DNA from: Eledone cirrhosa
Lineage: Eukaryota
Length of the DNA: 64,000 bases
Assembly (NCBI GenBank): GCA_964016885.1
Contig: OZ024762.1
Location: 11,222,001 to 11,286,000 of the forward strand
Reading direction: 5' to 3'
Part shown: positions 1 to 13,464 of the stretch, one piece after another
Layout of the letters: each line of letters starts with the position of its first letter
Position numbering within the stretch: the stretch's first letter is position 1
Position numbers and translations under genes: made by a program
Notes under the pieces: generated by a model
Told to the model about the DNA's origin: nothing
Database searches by the model: none
Seen by the model: only the letters and a program-made list of their open reading frames with translations

Positions 1-320
1 TGGAGGAAGCTTTCATCTCAAAAGCCAACTGCATGCTAAGTGGAAATACTCAACAAAGTCAATAGATTTTCAACCACCCTAATTTGATTTATGTACTTTC
101 TTAATATCTTTTCTTTCTCTTTCTTTTTCAACACTTACATGATAGAGTACACCAGTAAACTAGCGTTTCATCACACTATACTTTTAACGGCATCTTAAGA
201 ACTCGTTTAAGCCCCTGAACATTAGGTTATAATTTTGATCTTCCTTATAATCTGGAGATATATTCGATATTGGTCCTTGAAACCTTAGGAAACTCTTTTG
301 TTCCGTGTATGAACATAAAT

Positions 321-491
<171 letters not shown>

Positions 492-714
492 GTTCTTCTG
501 GTTTTATAATTTCACAAATTTTTGCCAATAGAGACAGAGTCGGTTTCTAACATAGACACAAGACTCTCTCATTGGAATTTACACAACATCAACTAGGTAG
601 ATATGTATGCATGTCTGCATACATGCATGTGTAGATATCGATGTATTGTATGTGTGTATGTGTATGTTTTGAGTTATATGTGTGCATATGCTTAGTATCT
701 GTACATGTACATTA

Positions 715-1890
715 TTAGATGCAAAATCTTTGGAATGTTTTACATATTTTTACTGTTCCATTAATGGATTGTACTTGTAATTTCCTAACTAGTTGTATTC
801 TTTCTGTTCCTGTGAAGCCTAGCTTCTCAAGATTTGTATTGTGGCAGTTACTAACATATCTCAGTGCCCCAATAACCACAGGCATAAATGTGAAGGTATA
901 ATCAGGGTGGAGTATCTGCAGATTTCGTATCAGTTCTGCATAAATATTCTTCTTTTCGCTAATCTTTGATAATATATTGGCATCTGCTGGACAGCTAACT
1001 TCCACTACTGTGCATGCCTTCTTTTTCCTGTCCCATATCATAATATATGTTTATTATGCCTGCATGTTATTGGTGTTTTTACTGGAACATTCCACCAGTA
1101 CTCTTTCATATTATGTATATGTGTCTTCCACATTGCTGTAGCTTTTAATGTGTTTATTATCGGGGCTATCTTTTCTACGGATTGCATTGTACAATGTTTT
1201 GGCCACTACATCATGCCTCACAGGTAGATAGTACCGCGATGTCATCTTTGGACAGCTGCCTATGACATATTCGATGTTAATTCTTCAGAGTCTGCACTTG
1301 TTATCACATCTAGGTGTTTTGCCTATCTCTTTTGTGAATCAGGTATTTCGTGTTGATTTCCTGTTCTTGGATTGCAAAAGCGTATCCTTCAAAGTGGGAG
1401 CCAATATAGCGGTTGTTGGTCCAAGATAGACTGCTTTCTTTATCTATATTATTCTCACTCTGGAGCTTCCTGGCAACATATCCATGCATGAATTTTTGCT
1501 GATAAGCATGCAGTTTTTCATCCATGAATTCACTGCGATACTGCTGAGCAGCTTCCCTGGGTGTGAGTTTTGATTATCACACAGGGAATACCTCTCGAGA
1601 AGTTCCTTCCCAGCTCTCATGATCTTATCTGTTTCATGCAGGTAGACTTGCTCCAGAGACGGGCTCTTACGCTTTGATGTTCGTAGATGTTGTCGGAAGG
1701 ATATGATGCGTCATTCAAATGCTGTCTGGACTGATGTTAGGCCTCTGCCTCCCTGCTTACGTTTCAAGTAAAGGTGGTCTATGTCACTGTTGATGTGGAA
1801 GTTTCCGGTGTTGTTTAGTATTTTTCGCGTTCTAACATCAATCGCTCGGATTTCGTCTATCGTCCTATTGAGTATTCCAAAAGTTGGTGT
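715..1890 (-). mobile_element. Degraded 3' part of an RLE-type non-LTR retrotransposon (R4/Dong-like)
   Basis: Broken frames give LYLKRKQGGRGL (post-RT), FEGYAFAIQEQEINTKY, a CCHC/RHD region and the RLE segment IWDRKKKACTVVEVSCP...K..Y...MPVVIGAL. Confidence 0.8.
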
Positions 1891-2443
1891 TATGTATGTA
1901 TGCATGAATATATGTATGTATGTATGAATGTATGTTGGTGAAGTTCTTTTAAAGTTATATTGTTGTAAAAACACTATAGATATTTTCAATGGACAGGTTA
2001 CGTAAAATCCTGGCGACATCATCAGGGGTGTATTGCATAATTAGTTACTCAATAAAGGAATTACAACAAACACAAACAGAGAAGATGTAAGCATATAAAC
2101 CAGAGAAAGTATTTGTGTTCGGAGATGGCCTACGAGGTAGGTGTTATTGCTTCCACACACAATCTCCGAATAAGAAGCTTGTCAATGCAAGGCATTGAGT
2201 ATCATGCGACCTCGCATATACTGTGAGAAAGCTGTTGCACCCATCGTAGAATATTGCTGGCCCCATTCATTATTCATGCTCCACCTGTAGCATTGAATTG
2301 TTAACAAAGCATTGTTAACAAAGTATTCAGTATACCATTCAGTATACAAATCAGTATACAAATTAATACATATGTTATTTAAAACACATAATGCTGGAAT
2401 GGAACTCTATCTGTTTCGATAATGAGTATCTTAGTTGTTCGAT

Positions 2444-2493
<50 letters not shown>

Positions 2494-3284
2494 TATATAC
2501 AAACACAAACACATACATACACAGGTGGGTAAAAACCCACTGATTAAGTTGTATTAGCGTACCCCACCTCCACAGTATCTGTGTCAGACTGTCATTGATC
2601 AGATAGTTTTCGGATTCTAGTAATGGTCAACATCTTTGTCGGTCATATAGAACTTTCATAGAGAATACTGTTTAGAGCAGCGGTCACTAACCGGTGGTCC
2701 GAGAGAAAGTTTTGGTGGTCCGCAGGAAAATTTGTACATCATTTGTAATTTTTATATTTTATTAATTATAAAACAAAAATAATATTTGTTTAAGATATAT
2801 TTTTTATAACCCCTAAAAAATGTTCCTCCTCAGTAAAGAACTAACATCCATGGAAGTGCGCTAAGCAGCCGATGTGAAAAATAAAGTTATATCTGTATAT
2901 AGGCAGATATAACTTTATCGTACTACTTATATATATTTTAATTAACTACCAACATGTGCGTTAATTATATGCAAATTAGTACGTTCATTCCAGAATAGTA
3001 TGCATTTCCTTGTGGTTAATTAAATGGGACGCAAAAATCAATTAAATGTGTTTGTGGTTGCTTTTCAATTCACACGAACATTGGTATTTCTGAAATGTTT
3101 ACATATCCTCATATTAAAAATCTGTATATTTCTATACATATTAATGCAGTCTCGGTTACTGACTCCGTATATATACCGATATAAATTTATAGAATATTCA
3201 ATAAAATATTTCAAGTTTCATAAAATTATTCAAAATAAAAGAAAATTATTCGTTTAAAGGAAGAATTATTTCAACTGATAGACA

Positions 3285-3652
3285 TCAGTTTTGTTGTTGT
3301 GACCATTTTTGTACTTCAACTTTTACGAATATTGAATATATTATTGAACCAAGTACAGCCAAGAATACACACATTGAAAATAGATTTGCCATTCGGTTCG
3401 AGTTCCGTTTCGAGTGATAAATTTGGCAACTAAAGGAGACACGAAGCCAGCAATTGATCCAAACGTATTAAGGACACAGAATACAATTCCTGCAAAATTT
3501 GGAGCCGTGTCCAGATGGTTTACAATGAATCTACCAACGAAACTTGACCAAATGAGACCGGACACAAACAACAAGACAGCGGTCAGAGTTATTTGATTAC
3601 AGTTTAGAAACCCTATCACAAGAAGTGAAGGTGCAGTTCCAATGAAACACAC
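3285..3652 (-). pseudogene. SLC17/sialin-like copy A, 3' fragment with frameshift
   Basis: NHLDTAPNFAGIVFCVLNTFGSIAGFVSPLVAKFITRNGTRTEWQIYF, a small deletion, then ...EVQKWSQQQN*. The 5' part is replaced by a long (TA)n tract. Confidence 0.85.
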
Positions 3653-3653
3653 A

Positions 3654-3881
<228 letters not shown>

Positions 3882-4051
3882 AAACTTACATAGGAATACA
3901 AGTGAAATCATAAACTCACCATCTTGGTAAACCTCTAGTTGAATCAGGCAACGCCGTACGCTAAAACTATCCATAATAAGAAGTATTCACAACCTCTAAT
4001 TGGATTACCTATAACGATATTTTGTTATCCTTTATATATATATATATATAT

Positions 4052-4385
4052 TCTAGGGCGGGTAAAATTCCCGATATCCATGGACAAGTTCTCTCCAGCG
4101 GTCTCTGTCCCTCATTATCGCTGCCATGTCCTGCGTCTCCAACAGGCCAGTGTCTGTCCTTAGGGCACCAACATACGTTAACCTTGGTCTTCCACTTCCA
4201 GTGTGTCCATATGGGGGTTCCCACAGGACCACTGAGTGCAATGTCAACTCTGGATGTCGGTGAGCATGTCCAGCTAACCTCAGTATCCTCTGTCACTTTT
4301 GAGCTGACTTTTGGGAGGCTCCCATGCAGCTCTGAGAATGCTGAGGAGGGCTCTGAACATTAATCAGTATACACTGAGGATGAAG
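4052..4385 (-). mobile_element. RTE-like LINE 3' fragment with an inverted 5' segment
   Basis: VLWEPPYGHTGSGRPRLTYV...MRDRDRWR, homologous to 55742-56255. Segment 4334-4384 is in the opposite orientation. Confidence 0.75.
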
Positions 4386-4491
<106 letters not shown>

Positions 4492-4887
4492 CTAATAATA
4501 ATAAAATTACTTAATATATGTGCGTGCATGTGTGTGTCTGAGTTTGTGTGGTTATATCTGTAAGAATTCATTGTCTACAGTCCAGCCGGAAGTCACCACA
4601 GGCCAACAAATCAGGAATCGTCCTGTCAACACTCAATGATAGATATAAACTCTCTCTTTAGTATATCAGTTTCAATTTTCATAGACTGACCATATAAAAT
4701 ATATAAATAGTCATATAGTAAATAAACAAACATATTTTTGGTGATAACATTTTCGTAGTGTGAATATAATCGTATTTTATTAAAATCATTGTCATCAATA
4801 TTTAAAGAGTCTAAAATATTTAATAAAGTTATTCAAAATATGAGAAAATCATTTATTACAAGTTACAAAGATGTGTACAGCAAGGTA

Positions 4888-5602
4888 TCAGTTTTGTTGT
4901 TGTGCCCATTTTTGTACTTCCCCTTTTGCAAATATCGCATAAAATATTGAACCAAGTATGGCTAGGAATACAGACAATGAGAAGTAGATTTGCCATTCAG
5001 ATCGGCTTCCGTTTGGTGTGAGAAATTTGGCAACTAATGGACAAACGAACCCAGCAATGGATCCAAATGTATTCGCAATACCACATATAGTCCCGGCATA
5101 ATTTGGAGCAATGTCTACCATGTTGATACTAGCTCCACCAACGAAACTTGACCAAATTACACCGGACACAAACAATAAGACAGCGGCGAATGTTATTTGG
5201 TTACAGTTTAGAAACCCCATCCCTATAAGTGGAGGTGCAGAACCGATAAAACACACACTCTCAGAAAGTATGCGAATTGAACGTTTAGACAGATAATTCT
5301 CGGAAAATAAAAAGTCTGCAAATCTTGCCCACAATGGTATTGCAATGACTTGAGATAAAGATGGAGCTGAAGATATTAACCCATTATGTGTTGGTGTAAC
5401 ATTGAATACATCGTCCATATAGAGAGGAAGCAACAGTTGGAATGTGGTTTCAATCCAGACCATAATAAAGAAAGCGATCATCATTGCCCACGCAGCTGAA
5501 GAAGTCAGTATTTCTTTCCATGGAATATTTGTGACCTTCTTTGAAGATGTGATGGTACTGTTTATATACACCCGTTCTTCTTGGGTGATAGAAGGGTGGA
5601 GA
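4888..5602 (-). pseudogene. SLC17/sialin-like copy B, C-terminal half only (TM7-12), fused to Tx1 ORF1 DNA
   Basis: Open frame HPSITQEER...IPWKEILTS...DIAPNYAG...EVQKWAQQQN*. Similarity to paralogs stops at 5602, where LINE sequence begins. Confidence 0.85.
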
Positions 5603-6878
5603 AGGCCCTGAGGTGAGTCTTCGATCCACAGCGAAAGCATTTCGGGTGTTTGCCCTCAACACTTATGGGCAGTTGAGTGCCGTTATCGAAGTCTATCACA
5701 TCCGGGACAGCTTCGATGCACTCCTGGTTGGTTTGGATTAACATCTCAATGGAGGTGCCGACCCAATCTTCTCTTACTCTTTTCTGTACTTGCAGTACAG
5801 TTGTTTTGTCCTCGATTCCGACGAGGACAGGCGCGGCCAGCCAAGAAGGGGCCATCGGGGGGGGGGGGGGAAGTTTGACCCTCACAATTTTTTGCCCGCA
5901 GTAGGAGGGCACCAACACCATTTCCTCGCTCCTTAGGGTCACTAAGGATTGAGCCTTTGCCTCCTGGGGTGTGGCAAAAAGCACGTCTACGGTGGCATAT
6001 TTCTTGCCTCGAGTGATATGCGTTTTCCGCTGCCACACAGACCCTAAGGCTTTTTGTATTCGAGCCTCTGTGGCTCTTTCAACCCTACGGGATTTTGTGC
6101 TTACTGTACGGTACGTGACCGTACAGTGCTGTTAGGTTTCTAAAAATTTTTCGGCTGCCCTGCAGATTGCTCGGTGTCCGGTTTTCGTCACCATCTTCTT
6201 CGCTTCCTGTAATTCCTTATTTGTTATGAGGATGGTTTCCAGGTTCGTTGCGATACCTGCAAATGAGATTGGTTTTTCTTTGCTGCTGTTGTTGTTGTTG
6301 TTGTTGTCGTTGTCGTCAGAGCTGCTGTTACTTTTGTTGTTGCTGCAGGTACTACGACTACTGCCGCCGCTGCTGTTGCTGTGGTTGTTGTTGTTGTTGT
6401 TGCTACTGCTGCTGTTGTTGTTGCTGTTGCTGCTAATGCTGTTGTTGTTTATGCTGCTGCTGCTGCTGATACGGCTGCTACTGTTGTTTTCCTTGTCACT
6501 GTTGCTGCTGCTGCTGTTATTACGGCTGCTACTGCTATTATTCATGACGTTAGACGAATGAAATGGGTTTTCGTGTTTACCGCACACCTTTTTCGTCGTT
6601 GTCGTCGTCGTGGAGAAATGTTCCATGCTTTGCACGTGTTTTGGGAAACTATTTTTCTTTACTGGCGTCGCTTGCGAAAGAGAAGGGAGCGAGAGAGACA
6701 CATTTAGAGAAGGGAGGGAGAGAGACAATCTTCTCTCTGCTGTAGTGACGATTGAGGAAGAAGAAGACGGAATGAGTGGGAGTGACTTGTGAAAATTCTT
6801 TTTCGTAGCCATGTTTTTTTTGGTTTAAAATAAATATTGGGCACAAAACCCCAATAAGCGGTTATTTAACCCCGAAGG
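5600..6878 (-). mobile_element. Truncated copy of the L1/Tx1 element (part of 5'UTR plus ORF1 up to the CCHC knuckle)
   Basis: Highly similar to 18720-19952 (MATKKNFH..., CFRCGSKTHLRAF); premature stop at 6132-6134. Confidence 0.9.
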
Positions 6879-7010
6879 TATCTGTGGTTTGGTGGAAAAT
6901 GTTTATGTAGAATTTCGAAGAATTTTGGGGGGATTTGTCCAATAGTTTGCAGGTTGAATGGTGCGTTGTACCATGTTATGTTTCTTTTGCGGTTTTTAGT
7001 TAAGTTCTTA
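6879..7010 (-). mobile_element. Penelope-like element fragment (RT to GIY-YIG linker)
   Basis: Minus strand reads KNRKRNITWYNAPFNLQTIGQIPPKFFEILHKHFPPNHRY, matching the RKRxIxWFNPPF...KHFP linker of Penelope-like ORFs. Confidence 0.65.
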
Positions 7011-7212
7011 TTCTCACTTATATTAATGTGCTGTGTTCTAGAAGAGTTCCTATGGTTAGTATTTGTATTTGTGGATTTTGGTAAATTGCAGTGGTTGTAT
7101 TTGGTGTTATTATTGGGTAGATTACGAGAGGTTGAATGTTTGGTAGTCAGTCATATGTGAGTTAACATTGGTCATAGATCGCACAGTAATAGTTGTTGTC
7201 GTTTTTCGGTTG

Positions 7213-7260
<48 letters not shown>

Positions 7261-7867
7261 AAAGAGATATCGCAGTTTCAGTTGATTATATTTTATTTGT
7301 AATCACGCGTATCACTCGTTTCACAAAGAAAGAAGTGGTTAAAAACATATTAGTTCAAACTGGACATAGCGTTGTCTATTTTTCCTTTGAAAATAGAGGG
7401 AAGTGTTTTGAAGAAATATCATTTCAATACTGGACACAGCGCTGTCTATTGATCCTTTGAAAGTAGAGGGAAGTGTTCTGAAGAAATATTATTGCAATAT
7501 CGGACGTACCATTATCCAGGATTTGGAGAAACATTATTTCAAAACTTGTGTCTTCGGAGTGAATTAATTCTATGATGCCTGGCAGCGCCATATTTATTTA
7601 TGAATGGATTTATTAGGTTTCAATTGACTCACTTTTGATTCCAGGATATATTTCAACACAAACATATTAAGGTACATAGATAATGCCATGATGGATTAAC
7701 ATCAAACATCTAGTGTGAAGCCATGAGATTTGCTTCACCAGTTACGACATCCTCGATGATTGAACTTGTTACTATTTAAAGAGTCTAAATTATTTCATAA
7801 AGTTATTCAAAATAAGAGAAAATCAGTTATTTCAAAGTTTAAAGATGTCAACTGCTAGATATCAGTA

Positions 7868-9274
7868 TTATTGTTGTGCCCATTTTTGTACTTCACTTTT
7901 TGCGAATATTGCATATATAACTGTAGTAAGTACTGCCAGGAATACAGACAATGAGAAGTAGATTTGCCATTCAGTTCGAGTTCCATTCGGTGTTATAAAT
8001 TTGGCAACTAAAGGGGCTACAGATCCACCAATAGATCCAAATGTAGCAGAAGCCCCATATATAACTCCAGCATAAGTTGGGGCTATGTCTAAATGGTTGA
8101 CAGAAGCTCCACCAACGAAACTTGACCAACCTATACCGGACATAATCAACAAGAAAACTATCAGAATTATTTCGTTACAGTTTAGAAACCCTATCCCTAT
8201 CAGAGGAGGTGCAGATCCAATGATCGACACACTTTCAAAAAGTACTCGAACTGAACGTTTAGACAGATAATTCTGAGAAAATAAAACGTCTGCAAATTTT
8301 CCCCACAGTGGGATTGCAATGAGTTGAGCTAAAGATGGAGCTGAAGATATTAACCCATTATGCGTTGGTGTAACATTGAATACATCTTCCATATAGAGAG
8401 GAAGCAACAATTGGACTGTGGTTTCAATCCAGAAAAATGTAAAACAAACAACTACAATTGCCCACACAGCTGAAGAAGTCAGTATTTCTTTCCATGGAAT
8501 ATTTGTGACCTTCTTTGAAGATGTGATGGCACTGTTTAGATATATCAGTTCATCTTCGCTGATGGAAGGGTGGAGATTTGGATTATCATAAACAATATAA
8601 AACCATAAACAACTAAATACCAACGATGTTCCTCCAAATATATAAAATATAGATCCCCATCCATTATCAAATCCATGTTCACAAAGAAAACCACCAATTG
8701 TCAATCCTAAAACACTACCAAACATTTGACCAGAGTAAGACACTCCACACAACAGGCTACTCTCTTGTGGTGGAGCCCACCGTCCCCATAAAGACTGGAT
8801 TGACGGAAATATCGGTCCTGATACCAAACCTGTTAATATTCTTAAGACAAGGGTAAAATATCCACTTATTCGGGTTAAAACTGGATGAAGAAGACTCAGA
8901 ATAGACGCTGAGATAAGGGAACCACCTAGAATAATTTTACCACCATATTTATCAGCCAATACACCACCAAGAACATTAGATGCAGTATATCCATAGAAAT
9001 ACCCAGCCACCATGTTTGATTGTAGATTGTTACTCCATTCAAACTCACCTACAAATTTATTCAAACCATCGTTCTCTAAACCTGAACAATGTTCGTTGCT
9101 TCTAGCAAGGTTAACTTCTCCAGATGAATGATTGGTTGGTTTTAACATACAAACCAAGGCCATACTGAGGTCGTTACGTAAGATCTGCATTAGAAGTGTA
9201 GCCATAAAACTCATGTAACCCAATCTCCATCGACATGAAATATAATGTGATATAAAGATGGTAAATTTTGACAT
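7868..9274 (-). CDS. SLC17 (sialin/VGLUT family) MFS transporter, copy C, intronless CDS, 468 aa
   Basis: Intact ORF with LRNDLSMA (TM1), GYFYGY, GGVLADKYGGK, WGRWAPPQE, GWGSIFYIFG, HPSISEDE, IPWKEILTS, NHLDIAPTYAG and EVQKWA. Confidence 0.93.
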   Translation of the reverse strand: MSKFTIFISHYISCRWRLGYMSFMATLLMQILRNDLSMALVCMLKPTNHSSGEVNLARSNEHCSGLENDGLNKFVGEFEWSNNLQSNMVAGYFYGYTASNVLGGVLADKYGGKIILGGSLISASILSLLHPVLTRISGYFTLVLRILTGLVSGPIFPSIQSLWGRWAPPQESSLLCGVSYSGQMFGSVLGLTIGGFLCEHGFDNGWGSIFYIFGGTSLVFSCLWFYIVYDNPNLHPSISEDELIYLNSAITSSKKVTNIPWKEILTSSAVWAIVVVCFTFFWIETTVQLLLPLYMEDVFNVTPTHNGLISSAPSLAQLIAIPLWGKFADVLFSQNYLSKRSVRVLFESVSIIGSAPPLIGIGFLNCNEIILIVFLLIMSGIGWSSFVGGASVNHLDIAPTYAGVIYGASATFGSIGGSVAPLVAKFITPNGTRTEWQIYFSLSVFLAVLTTVIYAIFAKSEVQKWAQQ

Positions 9275-9908
9275 TCTTCATATCAGTTTAATATCCAATA
9301 ATTCTCACACACAATCGAACTTATTTTCGTTAGAAGTGTTTCGGAACTTCTTGATTTTTTATTTTATAATATATTTTGTAATGTTCATTGGATACTGAAA
9401 TGTACCGGAAGTGTATCTCGTATATAATTTGATTGTCTATCTGAGATTATTTGGTAAAATAAGAGAGTTTATTCTGTCATCATCATCCTGCAGTTGTGTG
9501 TTTGGTAATCCATAGATTATTGGTGACCTGGTAAAATATAAAATGTATATAATCTTAATTTCAATATATATCTAAATATTTAAGTCTTGCTTCTTTTTCT
9601 GATTTCTACATCTTTTTTCTGTTGTTCCTCATGTCTTTCTATATCACGTAGAGACACACAGGTTCAGTGAAAAGTGTGTTAATGTGTGTTTCTATACCAT
9701 CACATAATCAGCAGACGTGGTTTATTATTTCCAGCTAATTATAAATAAACAAAATTTGACAGTGTGTTGGGGTGGGCCAACAACAGGTGGTGGGGGACTC
9801 TGAAAAGAGAGATTATAGCAGTGTCCAGTAAATATGTCCTAACCTATGTGTCCAATCTAGGTCAACCATGCAGATCACAATTTTGTGATCTGAAATTGTA
9901 GAAATGGA

Positions 9909-10138
9909 GTAGTAACAAAACTGATACAAATTTAAAGGGGTCTAACACATCTGCTATACGTAGTTAGTAAAACGTATTCGGCCAATTCTATCTTAAAATT
10001 ACAGGGGTGGGGGAACTGATGCTACAGAGGCCCAATGGGCTGCATCGGGGTAGGCGAAAGGGGAAAAGCAGACGTTTTACTAACTACATATAGCAGATGT
10101 GTTAGACCCCTTTAATTTTGTATCAGTTTTGTTACTAC
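9909..10138. repeat. Fold-back element, about 65-bp inverted arms around a 95-bp spacer
   Basis: gtagtaacaaaactgatacaaa...gtaaaacgt (9909-9975) is the near-reverse complement of 10071-10138. Confidence 0.75.
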
Positions 10139-10470
10139 AGTGCATCTTCGCTTATCGCTTTTCCGAAATTCGATTTACCGGACGGCTATTTCTATACTAC
10201 CTCCGGATGAGGAGGACTTGATTTCGGCAGACGGACAGATTCGGGCAGCATTTCTTCCGGCCAATGTTACGTCACTTATTGAGCCAATGGACCTGGGAGT
10301 TTTGGAGACACTAAAGCGGATTTACAGAAAACAATTGCTGCGGGATTTGATCGGAAAAGAGGACACGGGAATGATTCCATTTTTACGTGCGATAAACATG
10401 AGGGAGGTGGTTGACCGTTCAGCTGTTGCGTGGAAATGGTAGCGGAACGACGAGCTTCGGCGCGAAAACA
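10138..10470 (+). mobile_element. Tigger/pogo (DDE_1) transposase remnant
   Basis: FLPANVTSLIEPMDLGVLETLKRIYRKQLL is the characteristic DDE_1 motif; TA-CAGTG TIR-like start. Confidence 0.8.
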
Positions 10471-10611
10471 ATCTTCTATTTATTCATTTTTATAAAAGTA
10501 CTAACTTTTTATGGTTTGACTCAATTCAGTTTTACCAAGTTTTTAGTTATTCAACAATAACAATGAAAATTCTTCTATTGTCAGAAATAAATGAAATTCC
10601 ACTCCGTAGAG

Positions 10612-10812
10612 CAGTGATTCTCAACCAGTGTGTCGTGGCATTCTTTGTGTCTATGACTAGTCTGTGTCTAAGGTTGTATGCCGCCTATGACTTGCCATGT
10701 TTTTATTTTGTAAAATTCAAATATTTTTCATATATATTTAACCAGGTGTGCCGCTATTTTTTCATGTGTTCCAAGGTGTGTCGTTGGCAAAAGAAAAGGT
10801 TGAGGAGCACTG
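10612..10812. mobile_element. hAT (Charlie-type) MITE, 201 bp
   Basis: Imperfect TIRs cagtgattctcaacc / ggttgaggagcactg and a perfect 8-bp TSD ccgtagag (10604-10611, 10813-10820). Confidence 0.85.
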
Positions 10813-11059
10813 CCGTAGAGAAAGAAAGATGAATATTTGGATATATATATTAACAAAACTCTAGTTTAATCACCAAAAGGGAGTTAGAGATCTCATACAG
10901 ACATTGGAAAATGACGATTAAATCATTTTAAAAGCTCAAAATTACAGGAAGTTATTAATAACAAAAATAGTCAATACATAGAAGCATTGAGTCCAGTTTA
11001 TATGAAACAGAGACAAACTGTTGGAAGACTACAACTTGCAACCCATCGTCTGATAAAGG

Positions 11060-11315
11060 TGTTGGACTTATGACCATGACGTTGAGGGTTCAATTCCGGG
11101 ACTGGGTTATATGTTGTGTTCTTGAACAAAACACTTCATTTCACGTTGCTCCAGTATACTCAACTGAAAATGAGTACCAGCAATAGTTGCGAGTTTAACC
11201 CTGCGATGAACTGGCGTCCTGTCCAGGAAGAAGTATTGTACTCTCAGTCACTTAACACCATGGAAAACTGCCTGATGACTCGCCGGGCTTGAGACAGACT
11301 TTAGATTGTAGACTT
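11060..11315 (+). mobile_element. tRNA-derived SINE (second family)
   Basis: B-box ggttcaattcc, tgtgttcttgaacaaaacactt core and ccctgcgatgaactggcgtcctgtccagg tail. A related copy lies on - at about 61460-61590. Confidence 0.6.
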
Positions 11316-11465
11316 TTCCGAGGGACATACCTACTCTTTACACTAACTTACCATATACATTAGGCCAAGAAGCAGTCAAGTACTGGATAAAACAAAATAG
11401 AAAAAATACTAAATTATATATATATATATATATATGCCTCTCTGTTCTGTCCCTGTTCAATTTTT

Positions 11466-11542
<77 letters not shown>

Positions 11543-11639
11543 TATGTATTAAGATAACAGATTAAAGTTTAAGCAAAAAATCGCTGCTTTCACTCTTAAC
11601 GGGGGTCTTCTGTTATTTTAAATATTTGCCCTACAGTTA

Positions 11640-11754
<115 letters not shown>

Positions 11755-12393
11755 CAATAAAATACCAAACAAAATAGAATGAAAATAATAATGCTATCAA
11801 TACGTACCATGAATTTTAACTGTAGTTAATGTTGTCCATCATAGAAAAAACTGCTAAGACAGAATAATGTTAAGTCAAACACACTTATTTCTGTATATAT
11901 ATTTCTGGTGAGAGTAGTTTAAACAAGTTGTATATAATTGGAAGATTTTAAAGTGACCCTGATAAACTTCATCTGCAGATAACTGTGGTTGTATATGTCT
12001 TTCCAAGTCTGGCCTTACAAATAAACTACGAAGTCATAAGCTCAGATACTATAACTAAACTATAGTGCGCATGTGTGTTTCTGTGCAAAAGAATAATTTT
12101 TTTACACATGTGTATATATATATATATGCCTCTCGTAACCCATATAACCTACAGACCGTCAACGTCACCTGTCACGGATGTCAACAAGCTGCCCCCAATC
12201 GACAGCTTTGCAGACGATTAGCTAAGAGCTAACAAACATATATATGCCCATATATGCATGCATGCTCCCATAACTCCCAAAGGAGTCGTAGAGGCGCCAT
12301 ATTGACATACGGCGTTCCTAGGGTATTTTATTTTTTAAAACATAGCGAAGCCCATCTCTCTCCAGGTCTGAATACAGCAGATTTCTTCCAGAA

Positions 12394-12626
12394 AGAGATA
12401 GATATGGAAAGAGATAGATATTGAAAGGTAGATATTGAAAGGTAGATATTGAAAGAGATAGATATGGAAAGAGATAGATATTGAAAGATAGATATTGAAA
12501 GATAGATATTGAAAGGTAGATATTGAAAGAGATAGATATTGAAAATAGATATTGAAAGATAGATATTGAAAGGTAGATATTGAAAGAGATAGATATTGAA
12601 AATAGATATTGAAAGATAGATATTGG
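12394..12626. repeat. GATAGATATTGAAA-type 14/16-bp minisatellite
   Basis: Direct reading. Confidence 0.9.
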
Positions 12627-13464
12627 AAGAGAGGAAGTGAGAAAGAGATATAGAGGAAGAATTGGCCCCAGTACTAGACTGGATTGTTTTTTTTTTATCG
12701 ATCTCGAAAGGATGAAAGGCAAAGTTGACCTTGGCGGGATTTGAACTCTGAGAGAAGTGATCCAGAACGAATTCTACCATAAAACATTCTATTCGACATT
12801 CTAACGATTCTGCCAATTCACCTCCATGGTCCTATGATACATAGATTTAAATCTGAACACTCGAAGAGTTTCTTCAAAATTTTATTAAGAAATTTTAAGT
12901 TATGTTTCAAACACCCGCTTAATAATGAAAAAGTTAATTATATTAATTAAATCTCAACAAATTCTTGGTTATTTTCAAAATTATTTGAAAAATACAATCT
13001 GCTTTTTGTTAGAAACGTGATAGTAAAATTGAGGCAAAGTTGACCTCGGCGGGATTTGATCTCAGAGAGCTCAGTCGAAACGAACACCGTAAAACATTCT
13101 ATCCGGCGTTCCGACAACACCGTCTTATGCACACATGTACACACCTGTAATTGAGTTGGAAGTGTCTGTGTGATTATTACAGGAGGAAATGTTCAGAGAA
13201 GCTATCACTTCTTGTTTCATGTACGCCAGCCGCTGTTTTTCTATAGTTTGTTCACCATCCCCTTTCTTTTACACACGCATACATTCACACAAATACACGC
13301 GCACACACACACTGTGTGACGGGCGGACGGAAATCGCTCAAATTTATATATAGGTATTTGTCAGGTTCCCGATACAGTCTTACAGCGTAGCATCTTGTGT
13401 AAATGTCATTTACTATAACAATGGAAGGGGACATTTTACAAACCATTCGGATGGCACCAGTCGA

